A DNA stretch of 64,000 nucleotides from Bdellovibrionales bacterium. GTDB taxonomy: Bacteria; Bdellovibrionota; Bdellovibrionia; Bdellovibrionales; UBA1609. A program made the translations under genes and the position numbers. The notes under the pieces are model-generated. The model was given only the letters and a program-made list of their open reading frames with translations, was not told the origin of the DNA and ran no database searches. Within the stretch, counting starts at the first letter, position 1. Every line of letters begins with the position of its first letter. Where the stretch lies: NCBI GenBank assembly GCA_965219095.1, contig OZ244719.1:546142-610141 (forward strand), read 5' to 3'. Shown in pieces: positions 31,758 to 41,716 of the stretch.

Positions 31758-32154
31758 GTAACTGCTCACCTACATTGTTCAGTTATCCTTAACTTTAGAC
31801 CTGTTTTAAGATAAAAGTCTTGCTCTTACAGATTTTCTTTTAAATACTCTTTTCAAATGACAATAAATAAGACCTCCATCAGAAATGAGATTGAAAATAA
31901 GAAGTGACTTTGATAAGCTTGCAAAGAAAGGTTCTGTGCCTACTGAGATTTCTGTGATTGTTGAATCTCTCTTTAAGGTTGTGAACATTCTGATTGTTGT
32001 GCTTTTAGAAAAACAGGTTCGAAAAAATTCCAGCAACAGCGGTCTTCCTCCTTCGCAAGATTTTAGTCGTCAAGGGAATCGTAATAAGAAAGCTAGTGGG
32101 AGTCAGAAAAAGGGCTCTAGACTTGATAACAGTAAAGATACAAACAGTGAGGAG
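31758..32154 (+). mobile_element. IS66 (single-gene type) 5' fragment truncated by IS3
   Basis: Near-identical to 15012-15410. Confidence 0.88.
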
Positions 32155-33405
32155 TGATCTTCCCCCAAAAAAGTGGACAGTTTTTATGTTCTTAAAGCCC
32201 TCCTTTGTTTAAATTCTTTTGGGCTCATGTATTTCAAGGAAGAATGCATTCTTACCTTGTTATACCAATCCATGTAAATTGCAATTTTTTTTTCCAACTC
32301 TTCCTTTGTTGTACAGTCTTTGTATTCCAGTTCATCCTTCAACGTATGGAAAAAGCTCTCCACAAACGCATTATCATAACAATTTCCTTTCCTAGACATA
32401 GATTGCTTGAGGCCAAAGAATTTCAATTCTTTTCTAAACCCTTCACAACAATATTGAACCCCTTGATCCGAGTGGATTATCAAGCCCTCTAAGTTCCCAG
32501 AAACAGATTGGACTGCGGCTCTCAGAGCCTGTTTTGAATGAACCCCGTCCAAGCTCTCACAGAGCTTCCAAGACTTAATCTCTCGATTATAGACATCTAA
32601 AAATACAACCAAATACAGAAATTTATCTCTAAAAGGAATATAGGTTAAATCCGAACACCATACCTGGTTTTCTTTTCCTGCTTGGCTCTGTCCTGTCTTA
32701 AACAACCGAGGAGACTTAATCATGAGAGGGTTATTCTTTGTTGTTCTAGGAACATAGGGTTTTTTCTGACGGGCACTGAGATTCTTTAGTTTCATAATTC
32801 GAGCTACTTTGTTTTCTCCAGCACTCACTCCGCAACGCTTTAATTCCCTATACACCCTGGGGGAACCATAACAGCCTTTATTTTTTTTAAAAATAGATTC
32901 TATGTTTTTCTCCAGATTTTTATCCTTTTCAAGCTTTCCCCTGGTTTTTAAAAAACTATAAAAACCAGAACGAGATCCTCTTAATAATTCGCAAATGCGA
33001 AGCACTGGATGCCCTTTCTCTTTTACATAAAACATAGCCTTAAATCTCATTTCAGGATTTCCTTTGAAAAAAAAGCCGCTGCCTCTTTCAATATACCTAC
33101 ACTCCGCCTCTCATAGACCAGCTCCTTTTTTAACCTCTTTATTTCCTCCAATGCCGAAGCCAAGTCATGGGAAGCTTGTCTTTCTACTTCAGGCTTTAGA
33201 AAACGCTTCCAAGAGCTTATCACTTGGAAATTTCTCAGTCCTAGCTTCTCTGAGGCTTCCTTTGCACCTATTTCCTCTGCCAATTCAATGGCTTGCTTTT
33301 TAAACTCTTCCGAGTACTGTTTTACTTTTTCCATTCTTTCTTTTACCTCCATTTTATGGAGACTTTAAGAGAAAATTGACTGTCCGCAGAAACAGGGGAA
33401 GTTCA
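32155..33405 (-). mobile_element. IS3-family element, apparently intact (orfA 33047-33352, orfB 32184-33050)
   Basis: TG...CA ends (TGATCTTCCCC / GGGGAAGTTCA). WCSDLTY, HSDQGVQY, GNCYDNAFVESFF. No target duplication; the two flanks belong to different IS. Confidence 0.93.
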
Positions 33406-34021
33406 GTGTTCTGATATGTGGAAGCCTTATTTAAAAGTCATAAAGGAGAGGGCAAGTGGAGCTTTACACATATTAGATCGGTTTCATATCGTAGCAAGAC
33501 TCAATAAGGCTTTAGACGAAGTGAGAGCTTCAGAACACAAAAAAATGAAAGAAGATGGGTATGAACCCCTTTTAACAAAAGCTAGATGGCCCTTGTTAAA
33601 AAATGCAGAAAATTTAAAATCTTATGAAAAAGTAAAATTAAGGCATTTAATACAGTACAATTTAAAAAGTATCCGCTGTTATTTTTTAAAAGAAGACTTC
33701 CGACAGTTATGGACCTATGTTTCACCAACTTGGGCTGGTAAATTTATAGACAGTTGGACGAGACGAGTCATGCTTTCAAAAATTGAACCTATGAAAAGAG
33801 AAGCAAAAACCATACGAAGACATAAGCTACTTATTCTTAATTACTTCAAGGCTAAAAAAGCCTTCTCCTCAGGGATTGTAGAGGGTTTAAACAACAAAGT
33901 AAAACTCACTATGAGAAAATCTTACGGCTTTAGAACCTCTAAAGCTATAAAAATCGCCTTATATCATAACCTTGGAAAACTGCCAGAACCTCCGGGAACC
34001 CACAGATTCTTTTGAGGAGGC
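33406..34021 (+). mobile_element. ISL3-family element, 3' half (ORF 33416-34015)
   Basis: SDMWKPY, LDRFHI, SSGIVEGLNNKVK..R.SYGFR; right end after THRFF. Confidence 0.9.
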
Positions 34022-34114
34022 AAAGATTTTAAGTTCCTAAAAAGGGGAGTTAAAAGCTCTTTGAGTGTCTAACTTTTAAACAACTATCTAACAATTTTTT
34101 CTCATCAAATTACT

Positions 34115-34275
34115 GTAAGTCGGTTTCTTAACAGCCCTTGACTCCTACGAGGGGAATTTCTAGCTATTTTTCACCCACAGATTCCCGGGAGGAGCCTAAA
34201 AATTTAACAGAGTTTGATCAAAAAGCCAGAGCACTATACATTAAAAGAATGTCGAATTAATTTTTGGAAATGGTA
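34115..34275. mobile_element. Stacked IS ends: IS66-like IR (34115-34137), ISL3 end (to 34196), IS630-A left end (34197-34275)
   Basis: Similarity to 1385-1407, 1566-1594 and 2015-2093 respectively. Confidence 0.65.
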
Positions 34276-34360
34276 TTACTTTAATCTTATTTTCTCCTTA
34301 AGAAAAAGCTTAAGAAAGTATTTTTAAGTTTTTCTTAAGGAGAAAATAAGATTAAAGTAA
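34276..34360. repeat. Long hairpin with perfect 32-bp arms downstream of the gliding operon
   Basis: TTACTTTAATCTTATTTTCTCCTTAAGAAAAA is followed by its exact reverse complement, ending at 34360. Confidence 0.85.
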
Positions 34361-34416
34361 GAGCCTATAACTTAATTTACAGTGCCTAATTTACAGGCTC
34401 TTGCAGTTAGGCTATT

Positions 34417-34986
34417 TTAAGTTCCCGATTCTTTCTTCTTGGGTATAACAGCAAAATTGATCTCACGAACCCCTGCTTGTGTAATAGTATACATAATTTT
34501 CTTTAAAACTGAAAACTCCACCTCTTGGTCAGACTGGACGGTAATGCGGAGTTCTTTAGGATTTTCCTCATCTTTCTGCACTACTTCTTTTTTATAAATT
34601 TCCTCTTTTAATTTCTTTGGCAAAGACTCCCTTTTTTGCCTTTCTTCGACAATAAGTGCTTCTATTTTTTCCTTTAGAGGTTCTATCATCCATACTTGAG
34701 GATCATTTCTAATACTCTCAAACTCTTCAATGACGTCCGAGTTTAACATCAAATAAGTTTTTGAAACAACAATAACATTAGCTGGCTTTAATTCTTTAAT
34801 CTCTCGTGCTTCAGGAAGCTTCACATCAGTATAAAGATCTAGTGCCTCCCCTGTAGCAAATAGATTTTGAAGCAAAAAGATCACAAGAACTGTAAACATA
34901 TCAGCCATAGCTGTTAAAGACAAAATAACCATAGCATCTCTACTCTTTGAGTCTTGATACCTTAAACCTGGTTTATAAATAGCCAT
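34417..34986 (-). CDS. aglS: ExbD/TolR-family motor subunit (AglS-like)
   Basis: LTAMADMFTVLVIFLL transmembrane segment with conserved Asp; operon context. Confidence 0.75.
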   Translation of the reverse strand: MAIYKPGLRYQDSKSRDAMVILSLTAMADMFTVLVIFLLQNLFATGEALDLYTDVKLPEAREIKELKPANVIVVSKTYLMLNSDVIEEFESIRNDPQVWMIEPLKEKIEALIVEERQKRESLPKKLKEEIYKKEVVQKDEENPKELRITVQSDQEVEFSVLKKIMYTITQAGVREINFAVIPKKKESGT

Positions 34987-35462
34987 TACTTTACCTCTAT
35001 TGTAGAAATCACTACTTCAGGAAACCCTGCCTGTAAAATCGCATCCATAGCTTTTATAAGATCATTGTAAATAACCTCATCCCAAAGAGTTATAACAGAA
35101 TCAACTTTTTCAGGGTACTGAACTTTGATTTTCTGAAGTCTTTTTAATAAACTATCTAAATCATATTCACCATTAACTTTAGGTATGCTATAACTTTGTG
35201 AATCAATAATGACCTTATAACCTGCACCAATAAGATCAACACGAAAGGGTACATCCATATGGGGTGTTATAGGTGCTGTGTTTTCATCATTTTTTTGTCC
35301 ATAAATAGAACTTCCAATCTGAATCATAGATACTTGGCTCCATACAGCTGTGATCAAAAGGAAAATGATAAGAACACTCATGAGATCAATAAAAGGAACG
35401 ATGTTAGGCTCAATAGCAACTTTCCTTCTACGGCCCCCTGGACCTACACCCATTCCCTGCAT
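34986..35462 (-). CDS. ExbD/TolR-family motor subunit (AglQ/AglV-like)
   Basis: PNIVPFIDLMSVLIIFLLITAVW. Confidence 0.85.
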   Translation of the reverse strand: MQGMGVGPGGRRRKVAIEPNIVPFIDLMSVLIIFLLITAVWSQVSMIQIGSSIYGQKNDENTAPITPHMDVPFRVDLIGAGYKVIIDSQSYSIPKVNGEYDLDSLLKRLQKIKVQYPEKVDSVITLWDEVIYNDLIKAMDAILQAGFPEVVISTIEVK

Positions 35463-35475
35463 ACTCTCTTTTCCC

Positions 35476-36168
35476 TTATTTCTTTAACTTATCCCTATTA
35501 GAAGCTACTAAGTTCAATAAATTCATACTGGTTTCCTGAAGATCCGCAATTAAATGTGAAATACGAATTTGAAAGATACCATAAAAAATAATAGAAATAA
35601 TGGCTACTAAAAGCCCAAAAGCTGTGCAATTCAGAGCTTCAGAAATACCTCTTGCTAAAGCTGCTGTTTTTGTAGCTGCATCAGCCTCTGCCACACCACC
35701 AAAAGAGACTAACATTCCTACAATTGTTCCTAAAAGACCTGTCAAAACGGACACATTGCCAAAAACAGCTAAAAACTGTGTATAACCTTCAATTTTTTGA
35801 TTTTCTTTTATCACTGTAGCATCCATAGCTACTTGCACTTCTTCATCAGGTCTTTGATTTAACACTTGAATTAAGCCTGACTTAAGAGTATTTGTTAGAG
35901 GAGCTGATTTGTTATCACAAAAAGCTATAGCCTGCCTCACATCACCTTGCAAAATCATACTGAACAAATTTTTTGTTAATTTATTTTTATCAACGCTAAA
36001 TCTCTGAAAAGCTATAAGTCTTTCAAAAATTAAAAAAATAGCCAACACACCTACAGCTCCAATTAAATACATAACAAATCCTCCCTCACAGAAAGCAGTT
36101 GTCATGAAATTAGTATGATGAGCACAACGCTCTAAGGCTTGATTGATTTGACTGATTTCATTTTCCAT
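35476..36168 (-). CDS. aglR: MotA/TolQ/ExbB proton channel (AglR-like)
   Basis: LTGLLGTIVG, GISEALNCTAFGL. Confidence 0.85.
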   Translation of the reverse strand: MENEISQINQALERCAHHTNFMTTAFCEGGFVMYLIGAVGVLAIFLIFERLIAFQRFSVDKNKLTKNLFSMILQGDVRQAIAFCDNKSAPLTNTLKSGLIQVLNQRPDEEVQVAMDATVIKENQKIEGYTQFLAVFGNVSVLTGLLGTIVGMLVSFGGVAEADAATKTAALARGISEALNCTAFGLLVAIISIIFYGIFQIRISHLIADLQETSMNLLNLVASNRDKLKK

Positions 36169-36186
36169 ATTTTCTCTCCTTTTATG

Positions 36187-37685
36187 TTAGTAATCTAAAC
36201 TAAAATTATAAAAAATAACTCCTTTTTGTCCATCAGGAACAGCACCTGGAAATCTTAAGTTACGTATACGACTAACAAAACAAGAATGAACCTCACGACT
36301 TCCTATATTACTTTTTACAACTCTTACTCTTTTTGTAAGTCCTTGAGACTCTAAAATCTCCCAGCGAACCGTTAACTGCCCTCTCAAGTGGGAATTTCTT
36401 TTTAAAGCTCTTTCATAGCAATAGGTTAAAACCTTCCTATTTTTACGAATCACCTCACGCACAACCTCTCCATTAATTGTACCTTGAAACTCAACAGCTT
36501 CGCTATCAATTTCTACCTTAATGCTAGACCTTTCACCTAAAGTGCCTGATGTTTCTAGACTATCGCCACCCTCTTCTCCTAAACGTCCTACATCGCTAAC
36601 TTTTTTATTACTCCTACTTCTCCGAGATAAGCCTGAGGTTTTTAATGCTCCTCCTAAACTATCACCTCTCCTATTTTGTGTTTGACCACTTGAACCTCTT
36701 GATTGGCTTGCTGTTCCCTGCACTTGCCCTACTCCCGATATAGCATCTTGTAATTTAGACTGTGTTCCCTTCTTAGAGAAAACACTGAGCAAACCCTGTG
36801 CACGAACATCTTTTCTTCTAGGAGGTGCACTTCCTTTAGTATTAGCTGTTTTTATAGCACCACCTTTTTTTAAAGCACTAGGACGCTTTTTTCCTCTTCT
36901 TCTCTTATACTTTTTTATGATCTTAGGCGTTTTTTTCAGTTTAGATATTTTGTCTTTTTTAAGAGGCTTTTTTCTTATCACCTTAGGCTTTTTTTTAGAA
37001 ATTTTTTTGATCACTTTCAAAGGCTTCTTCTTAGGAGGAGGAATGACTTTAGGTTTTTTAAAAGGAACAGGTGGTTTTAATTTGACAACAACCTTCCTTT
37101 CTTTTTTGTCCTCAGGAGGTTTGAGATGAGGCACCATAGAGAGATAAAAAGCTAAAAATAACATACTCAGTACAGATAACAAAAGTCCAAATATTTGAGG
37201 TGATTTAAATTCTAAAAAAGGTAGCATAAAAGGCGTTGTCGCTTGAGGCACAAAACGAATGTAAAGAGATAAGTTTTCTGACTTCATATCAATTCTCAGC
37301 ATTTGATTCTGTCCCATAGAAACAAAATTAAGAGAAGCTTCTGAATCCATAAACAATACTTTTGAAAGAGGTTCTGAACTCTTATCTGAAATAAATTCTC
37401 CGTCAAACATGTAGGAACTCAAATAGACTTTAGCTTGTTCTTTTTCAAGATCAAAGAAAATTCTTTTCTTAACATAATTCTTGATAGGAAGGTAAATATC
37501 ACAAGAAGAATCACTTCCTATAGTAACACGTTTTTTCCCTTTAAAGTGATACGTGGAAATGATCCTGTCTTTCCAAGCTATAAGAACTTCAACAACTTCG
37601 CCCTTTCCTGGGTGAATGAAAGGGGAAAGATCAGAGATAGCACTGGAGGAGCAAAAGTCTTTCCTTTCTTTTTCCTTCTGATCAT
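36187..37685 (-). pseudogene. gltG: GltG/AgmX-PglI-like protein (TM plus TonB-C-like domain) with a 1-bp frameshift near the 5' end
   Basis: ATG at 37685 gives MIRRKKKGKTFAPP. A shifted frame continues SAISDL..VEVLIAWKDRIISTYHF uninterrupted into ORF 36187-37422 (TM, Pro/Lys-rich linker, YCYERAL..L.G). Confidence 0.7.
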
Positions 37686-37693
37686 ATATACTT

Positions 37694-37954
37694 TTACTCC
37701 CTCGGCAAAGTTTGTAAAGTAGAGTTCATTTCAGGAATAAAATTCTCTCTCAACTTTATGATCTTTCGAAAGTTAAACTTTTTATTCTTAAATAAAGTTG
37801 AAATCTGAGGCTTCGACTGCTCTCCCTTTAAACTCTCATCAAAACGTAAAATATGACCCTGAGATTCATCTTCTTTTTTCTCCTCCAATTTATCCTCAGC
37901 TAAAGCCAAAACACCCCAAAAGATTATAAAAACCACAAAAAACTTCCTCATCAT
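37694..37954 (-). CDS. gltF: GltF/CglF-like small secreted protein
   Basis: Signal peptide; RFDE.LKG...KP and F.KIIKLRENF.PE pattern; operon position. Confidence 0.65.
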   Translation of the reverse strand: MMRKFFVVFIIFWGVLALAEDKLEEKKEDESQGHILRFDESLKGEQSKPQISTLFKNKKFNFRKIIKLRENFIPEMNSTLQTLPRE

Positions 37955-40900
37955 CCCTCCCGTATTTTATTCCTCATTTGTCGCACCCACTTGAGAATAC
38001 GACTATCAGAAGAAATTAATTTTATCTCAGATAAAACTTTGTCTGCCTTCTCAAATTGACGCTTTTGAATCATAAGCATAACATAGTTGATCATAATGTT
38101 TACGTTCGATTCAGGATCTTTTAGAAGAGCTTCATAAATTGCTACTGCACTCACAAACTCTCCTGCCCCTGCCATAGAAACAGCTAAGTTATTCCTTAAA
38201 AATACCATGGATTGAGGACTTATCTCTTCTCTTTTTTGAAAGTTTATATAAGCCCATTGCATACCCTTTTCTAAATATAAACTAGCTTTTTTATAATCCT
38301 TGTTATCTAGATAAACCTGCCCTAAATTAAGGGCAATAAGCCCTACCTCACTCTTACTCTTGCTCAACCCTTTTTTAAAAAACCGCAAAGCCTCAGACAA
38401 GTTGTGTTCTTTCAAAAAAACTATAGCCATATTATTATATAAACCACCTCTTTCAGGCTTAAGTTCAATGGCTTTATTAAAAAGATGTCTAGCTAAAACA
38501 TATCTATTCTTCTTTATATGTAAAAGAGCTAAGCCGTTTAAAATATCCACATCATCAGGATTTTTAGAAAGCTTTTTAACTCCTAAAGAAAGAGCTCTCC
38601 TGTAATCATTTCTAGAAACACTTTTGAAAAAATTTTCTTTATCCAAACCCCCTCCTGATTCTTGCACACTCAAAAGAGGTTTTAAAGAAAAAACTTTTTC
38701 TTTTCTAACAGTAAATTGACTCATCATAAGATTTTGAGAGCCTTTCAAAACTTTTTCAAACCACTTTCCATAAACTTCAAACTCAAAAGCTTTTTTTCTT
38801 GCTTCCTCATAAAAATCAAAAGCCTTATCTGAAAAGGGTTGAGTTTGCAAAGAAAGCTGTTTCTTATACTCTGCCTTCTCCTTCTTATTTAAACCTTTAG
38901 GGAGGGGAGAGTTTTGTATAAACTCATACACGTTCTGAGAGGCCTTTCCTAAAGTGTAAAGAGAAGCAACAATCATATCGGGATTATCATACTTGATAAC
39001 CTTTCCATAATCTTTAACTACACGATTAAAAGCATTAAGCTTTTTATTAAGGATTTTCTCTGATGTAACTTTTGAAAACTTTATCTTTTTAAATTTCTTA
39101 TATTCATCATTTGATAGAATCTTAAAATGAGCTTCTGCTGCAAAAGAAGATCCTTTTTTGTACTTTCTATAAAGAGATAGGACTCTTTTTTGCCATATTT
39201 TAACCTGTAAGAACTGCTTTTTTTTCTCATAAATCTCTGAAAGCTTAAAAGCAGCTTGCACAGCTAACAATCCATCAAATTGAGCACTGTTTAAATACCT
39301 CTGGTAATAAAATGTCGCTTTAGAAAAATTATTTATCTTTTCATAGTTTCTTGCTATTTTATACAAAATTTCAGATTTTTTTTGTGTTTTTGATAGTCCA
39401 TCATAATACTTTCTATAGAAATCTGAAGCTAAAGCATAACGCTCTAAAAGCTCTGAAATGACAGCTATATTATAGTAATTTTCTAAGACAAGTTGAGGTT
39501 TTGTCTCAATTTGACTTAGTCTTTCAAAAACTGAAAACTGTTTTGTAAACTGAGCTGTTTTCCCATAAAATTGAGCTAAAAACCTATAACTGCTAAGAAC
39601 AAATTCTTTCTCTTCTTTAGTTTTTGCCTCTATCTTAGATAGTTTTTTATAAGCTTTATAAGCTTTTAAAAGCTCTCCTTTTTTTTCATAACTTAGGGCT
39701 GCGTTGAATAGAGCTTGATAGGACAAAGCAGAACCTTTATGAGTTTCATAAAATTTTTCAAACTGGCTTACATCTTTTTTTGAAAGAGATTTAAATTCAG
39801 ATCTTTGCCTTATCTTTTGAATGTCACTAGCCAAAGGTATAGACTTTAAGCCTTTTTTCCTCTCTAAAAGAAAATCTAAAAACTGTACAAGACTTTCATA
39901 ATCTTTTTTTTCATTATAAAAAGCTACTATTAAGTTAAAAGATGTTTTAAAAGTCTGAGTGTCCGGTTCTGAAGCCAGAAGAATATGGTTCAAATACTTC
40001 AAAGACTTTTCTTTCTGGCCATAATAATAGTAAATGGTAGCTAACCGTTTTTTAATTTCTATATTGTTAGGCTTTCTGATGACGTACAATTCACCTATCT
40101 CTACAAAAGCTTCTATCCAAGCGTTCATTTTAAGAGTTTTTCTTTTTTGAATCTCTGCAATAGAGGGTATGATTTTTTCAAGAGCCAAAAGAGCATTGAA
40201 CAAAGAATCTTCATAAAATTTATCTTTCGGAGCTTTATGGATGATCCAGCGATATTGTGCAAGTGCCTCCTTATATTCTTTAGCTTCAAACAAAAGCTCT
40301 CCATAGTAAAACTTTAATTTAGGAAAATTATCTCCTGAATTATAAAAGTGAAAGTAATTTTTATAGGCTAGCATAGCTAATTTCTTAAACCGAGCCGAAT
40401 GAGAGTTTTCATAATTTTTATGCATTTTTAAGGCGTTTATCTCTAACTTTTTCTTAAGACTCAAAATAATTTTTCTAAGCTCCTTATGGCGAGTCTGCTT
40501 TGAAGCCCATACACTACTAGGTCCATATTGCTTTGCCATACTATAAAGTTGCTTTTGATATCCAGCACTATTGCCCTTAGATGAGTAAATTTTTAAAATT
40601 TCATTTTGATATTTATAAGCCTTCAAGGACCAATGGTTTCTCTTTATCAAATCTCTAAGATGATAACTTGCTTGGCTTTTTTTTCCAGAAATGCTGTACT
40701 GATAGGCAAGAATCTCCATAACAGAATCTATAAGTTTTATAGGAAAAAACTGTGAAAAAAAACGTCTTGCTTTCTTATAAGAAGACGGCAACTCTACATA
40801 GAACTCAATTAAATCCTTCCTCGATTCTGAAGCATAGTAATTTTTAGGATCTTTTTTTGCCAGTTCATAAACCGAAGTCATTCCCTTGACAGCTTGACCT

Positions 40901-41715
40901 ACATTTCCTACCTTAAATTCACACCAACTTAATTTATAAAGTGAAGCTATATAGAATTTAGATTTTGGCTTTTTGGAAATTTTCTTATAGTATCTTTTAG
41001 CCAAAGCCCATCTATCTCTATGAAAGTAAAAATCCCCTGAACTTTGCAGAGCTTGATCCACATAAGGGCTTTTAGGGTGTTCAGAAATTAGCTTCTGATA
41101 AAAGCTAAAGCCCTCCTCCTCTTTATTCCAAGACACATAAGTAAAACCCAGTAAAAATAAAGCGTAATCAATTTTATCTCCCTTTGGAAAATTATCAACA
41201 TAGAGCTTATAAAGCTTTACTGCTTTAATATAATAAGTATAGACAGGTTTCAAATTAAGATGAGGCCTTTTTTTTATTTTCCTCTTTTGATACTTTAAAA
41301 GAAGTTTATCGTATCTTTTATTCAACCTCTCCTCAATAAAAGCTGATTTATGTAAATAAGCTTCACCTAAACGTAACCAAAACTCACCTCTATATTTTTT
41401 ATTCTTAAATTTTTTAATAATTTTATAAAGCTGATCAATTTCTTGATCGACAAGATTCTCATTCTTTTCCACACTCATTCTTAAAGTACGACGAGCAGAA
41501 GTTTTAGGAGGGATTATGTCAGATAAATTTACAGGTTGTGCGTCTTGACTTTTACCACTACTAACTGTAGGAACAAAAGATTTCTTTTTTTTCAATTGTC
41601 TCCACTTCTGTTTATCTTGAATTTTTTTTAAGTACTCACCGATAGTGCTGTCAGAAGCATGACTTACAAAGCTAAAACCTAAAAGAAAACATAATAAGAA
41701 AGCACGCCATTTCAT
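37951..41715 (-). CDS. Large TPR protein, GltD (AgmU)-like with a GltE (AglT)-like TPR block at the C-terminus
   Basis: Signal peptide and many TPRs. P.P.GL...EK.EY...L motif near aa 940, followed by ~250 further aa of TPR. Confidence 0.75.
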   Translation of the reverse strand: MKWRAFLLCFLLGFSFVSHASDSTIGEYLKKIQDKQKWRQLKKKKSFVPTVSSGKSQDAQPVNLSDIIPPKTSARRTLRMSVEKNENLVDQEIDQLYKIIKKFKNKKYRGEFWLRLGEAYLHKSAFIEERLNKRYDKLLLKYQKRKIKKRPHLNLKPVYTYYIKAVKLYKLYVDNFPKGDKIDYALFLLGFTYVSWNKEEEGFSFYQKLISEHPKSPYVDQALQSSGDFYFHRDRWALAKRYYKKISKKPKSKFYIASLYKLSWCEFKVGNVGQAVKGMTSVYELAKKDPKNYYASESRKDLIEFYVELPSSYKKARRFFSQFFPIKLIDSVMEILAYQYSISGKKSQASYHLRDLIKRNHWSLKAYKYQNEILKIYSSKGNSAGYQKQLYSMAKQYGPSSVWASKQTRHKELRKIILSLKKKLEINALKMHKNYENSHSARFKKLAMLAYKNYFHFYNSGDNFPKLKFYYGELLFEAKEYKEALAQYRWIIHKAPKDKFYEDSLFNALLALEKIIPSIAEIQKRKTLKMNAWIEAFVEIGELYVIRKPNNIEIKKRLATIYYYYGQKEKSLKYLNHILLASEPDTQTFKTSFNLIVAFYNEKKDYESLVQFLDFLLERKKGLKSIPLASDIQKIRQRSEFKSLSKKDVSQFEKFYETHKGSALSYQALFNAALSYEKKGELLKAYKAYKKLSKIEAKTKEEKEFVLSSYRFLAQFYGKTAQFTKQFSVFERLSQIETKPQLVLENYYNIAVISELLERYALASDFYRKYYDGLSKTQKKSEILYKIARNYEKINNFSKATFYYQRYLNSAQFDGLLAVQAAFKLSEIYEKKKQFLQVKIWQKRVLSLYRKYKKGSSFAAEAHFKILSNDEYKKFKKIKFSKVTSEKILNKKLNAFNRVVKDYGKVIKYDNPDMIVASLYTLGKASQNVYEFIQNSPLPKGLNKKEKAEYKKQLSLQTQPFSDKAFDFYEEARKKAFEFEVYGKWFEKVLKGSQNLMMSQFTVRKEKVFSLKPLLSVQESGGGLDKENFFKSVSRNDYRRALSLGVKKLSKNPDDVDILNGLALLHIKKNRYVLARHLFNKAIELKPERGGLYNNMAIVFLKEHNLSEALRFFKKGLSKSKSEVGLIALNLGQVYLDNKDYKKASLYLEKGMQWAYINFQKREEISPQSMVFLRNNLAVSMAGAGEFVSAVAIYEALLKDPESNVNIMINYVMLMIQKRQFEKADKVLSEIKLISSDSRILKWVRQMRNKIREG

Positions 41716-41716
41716 A

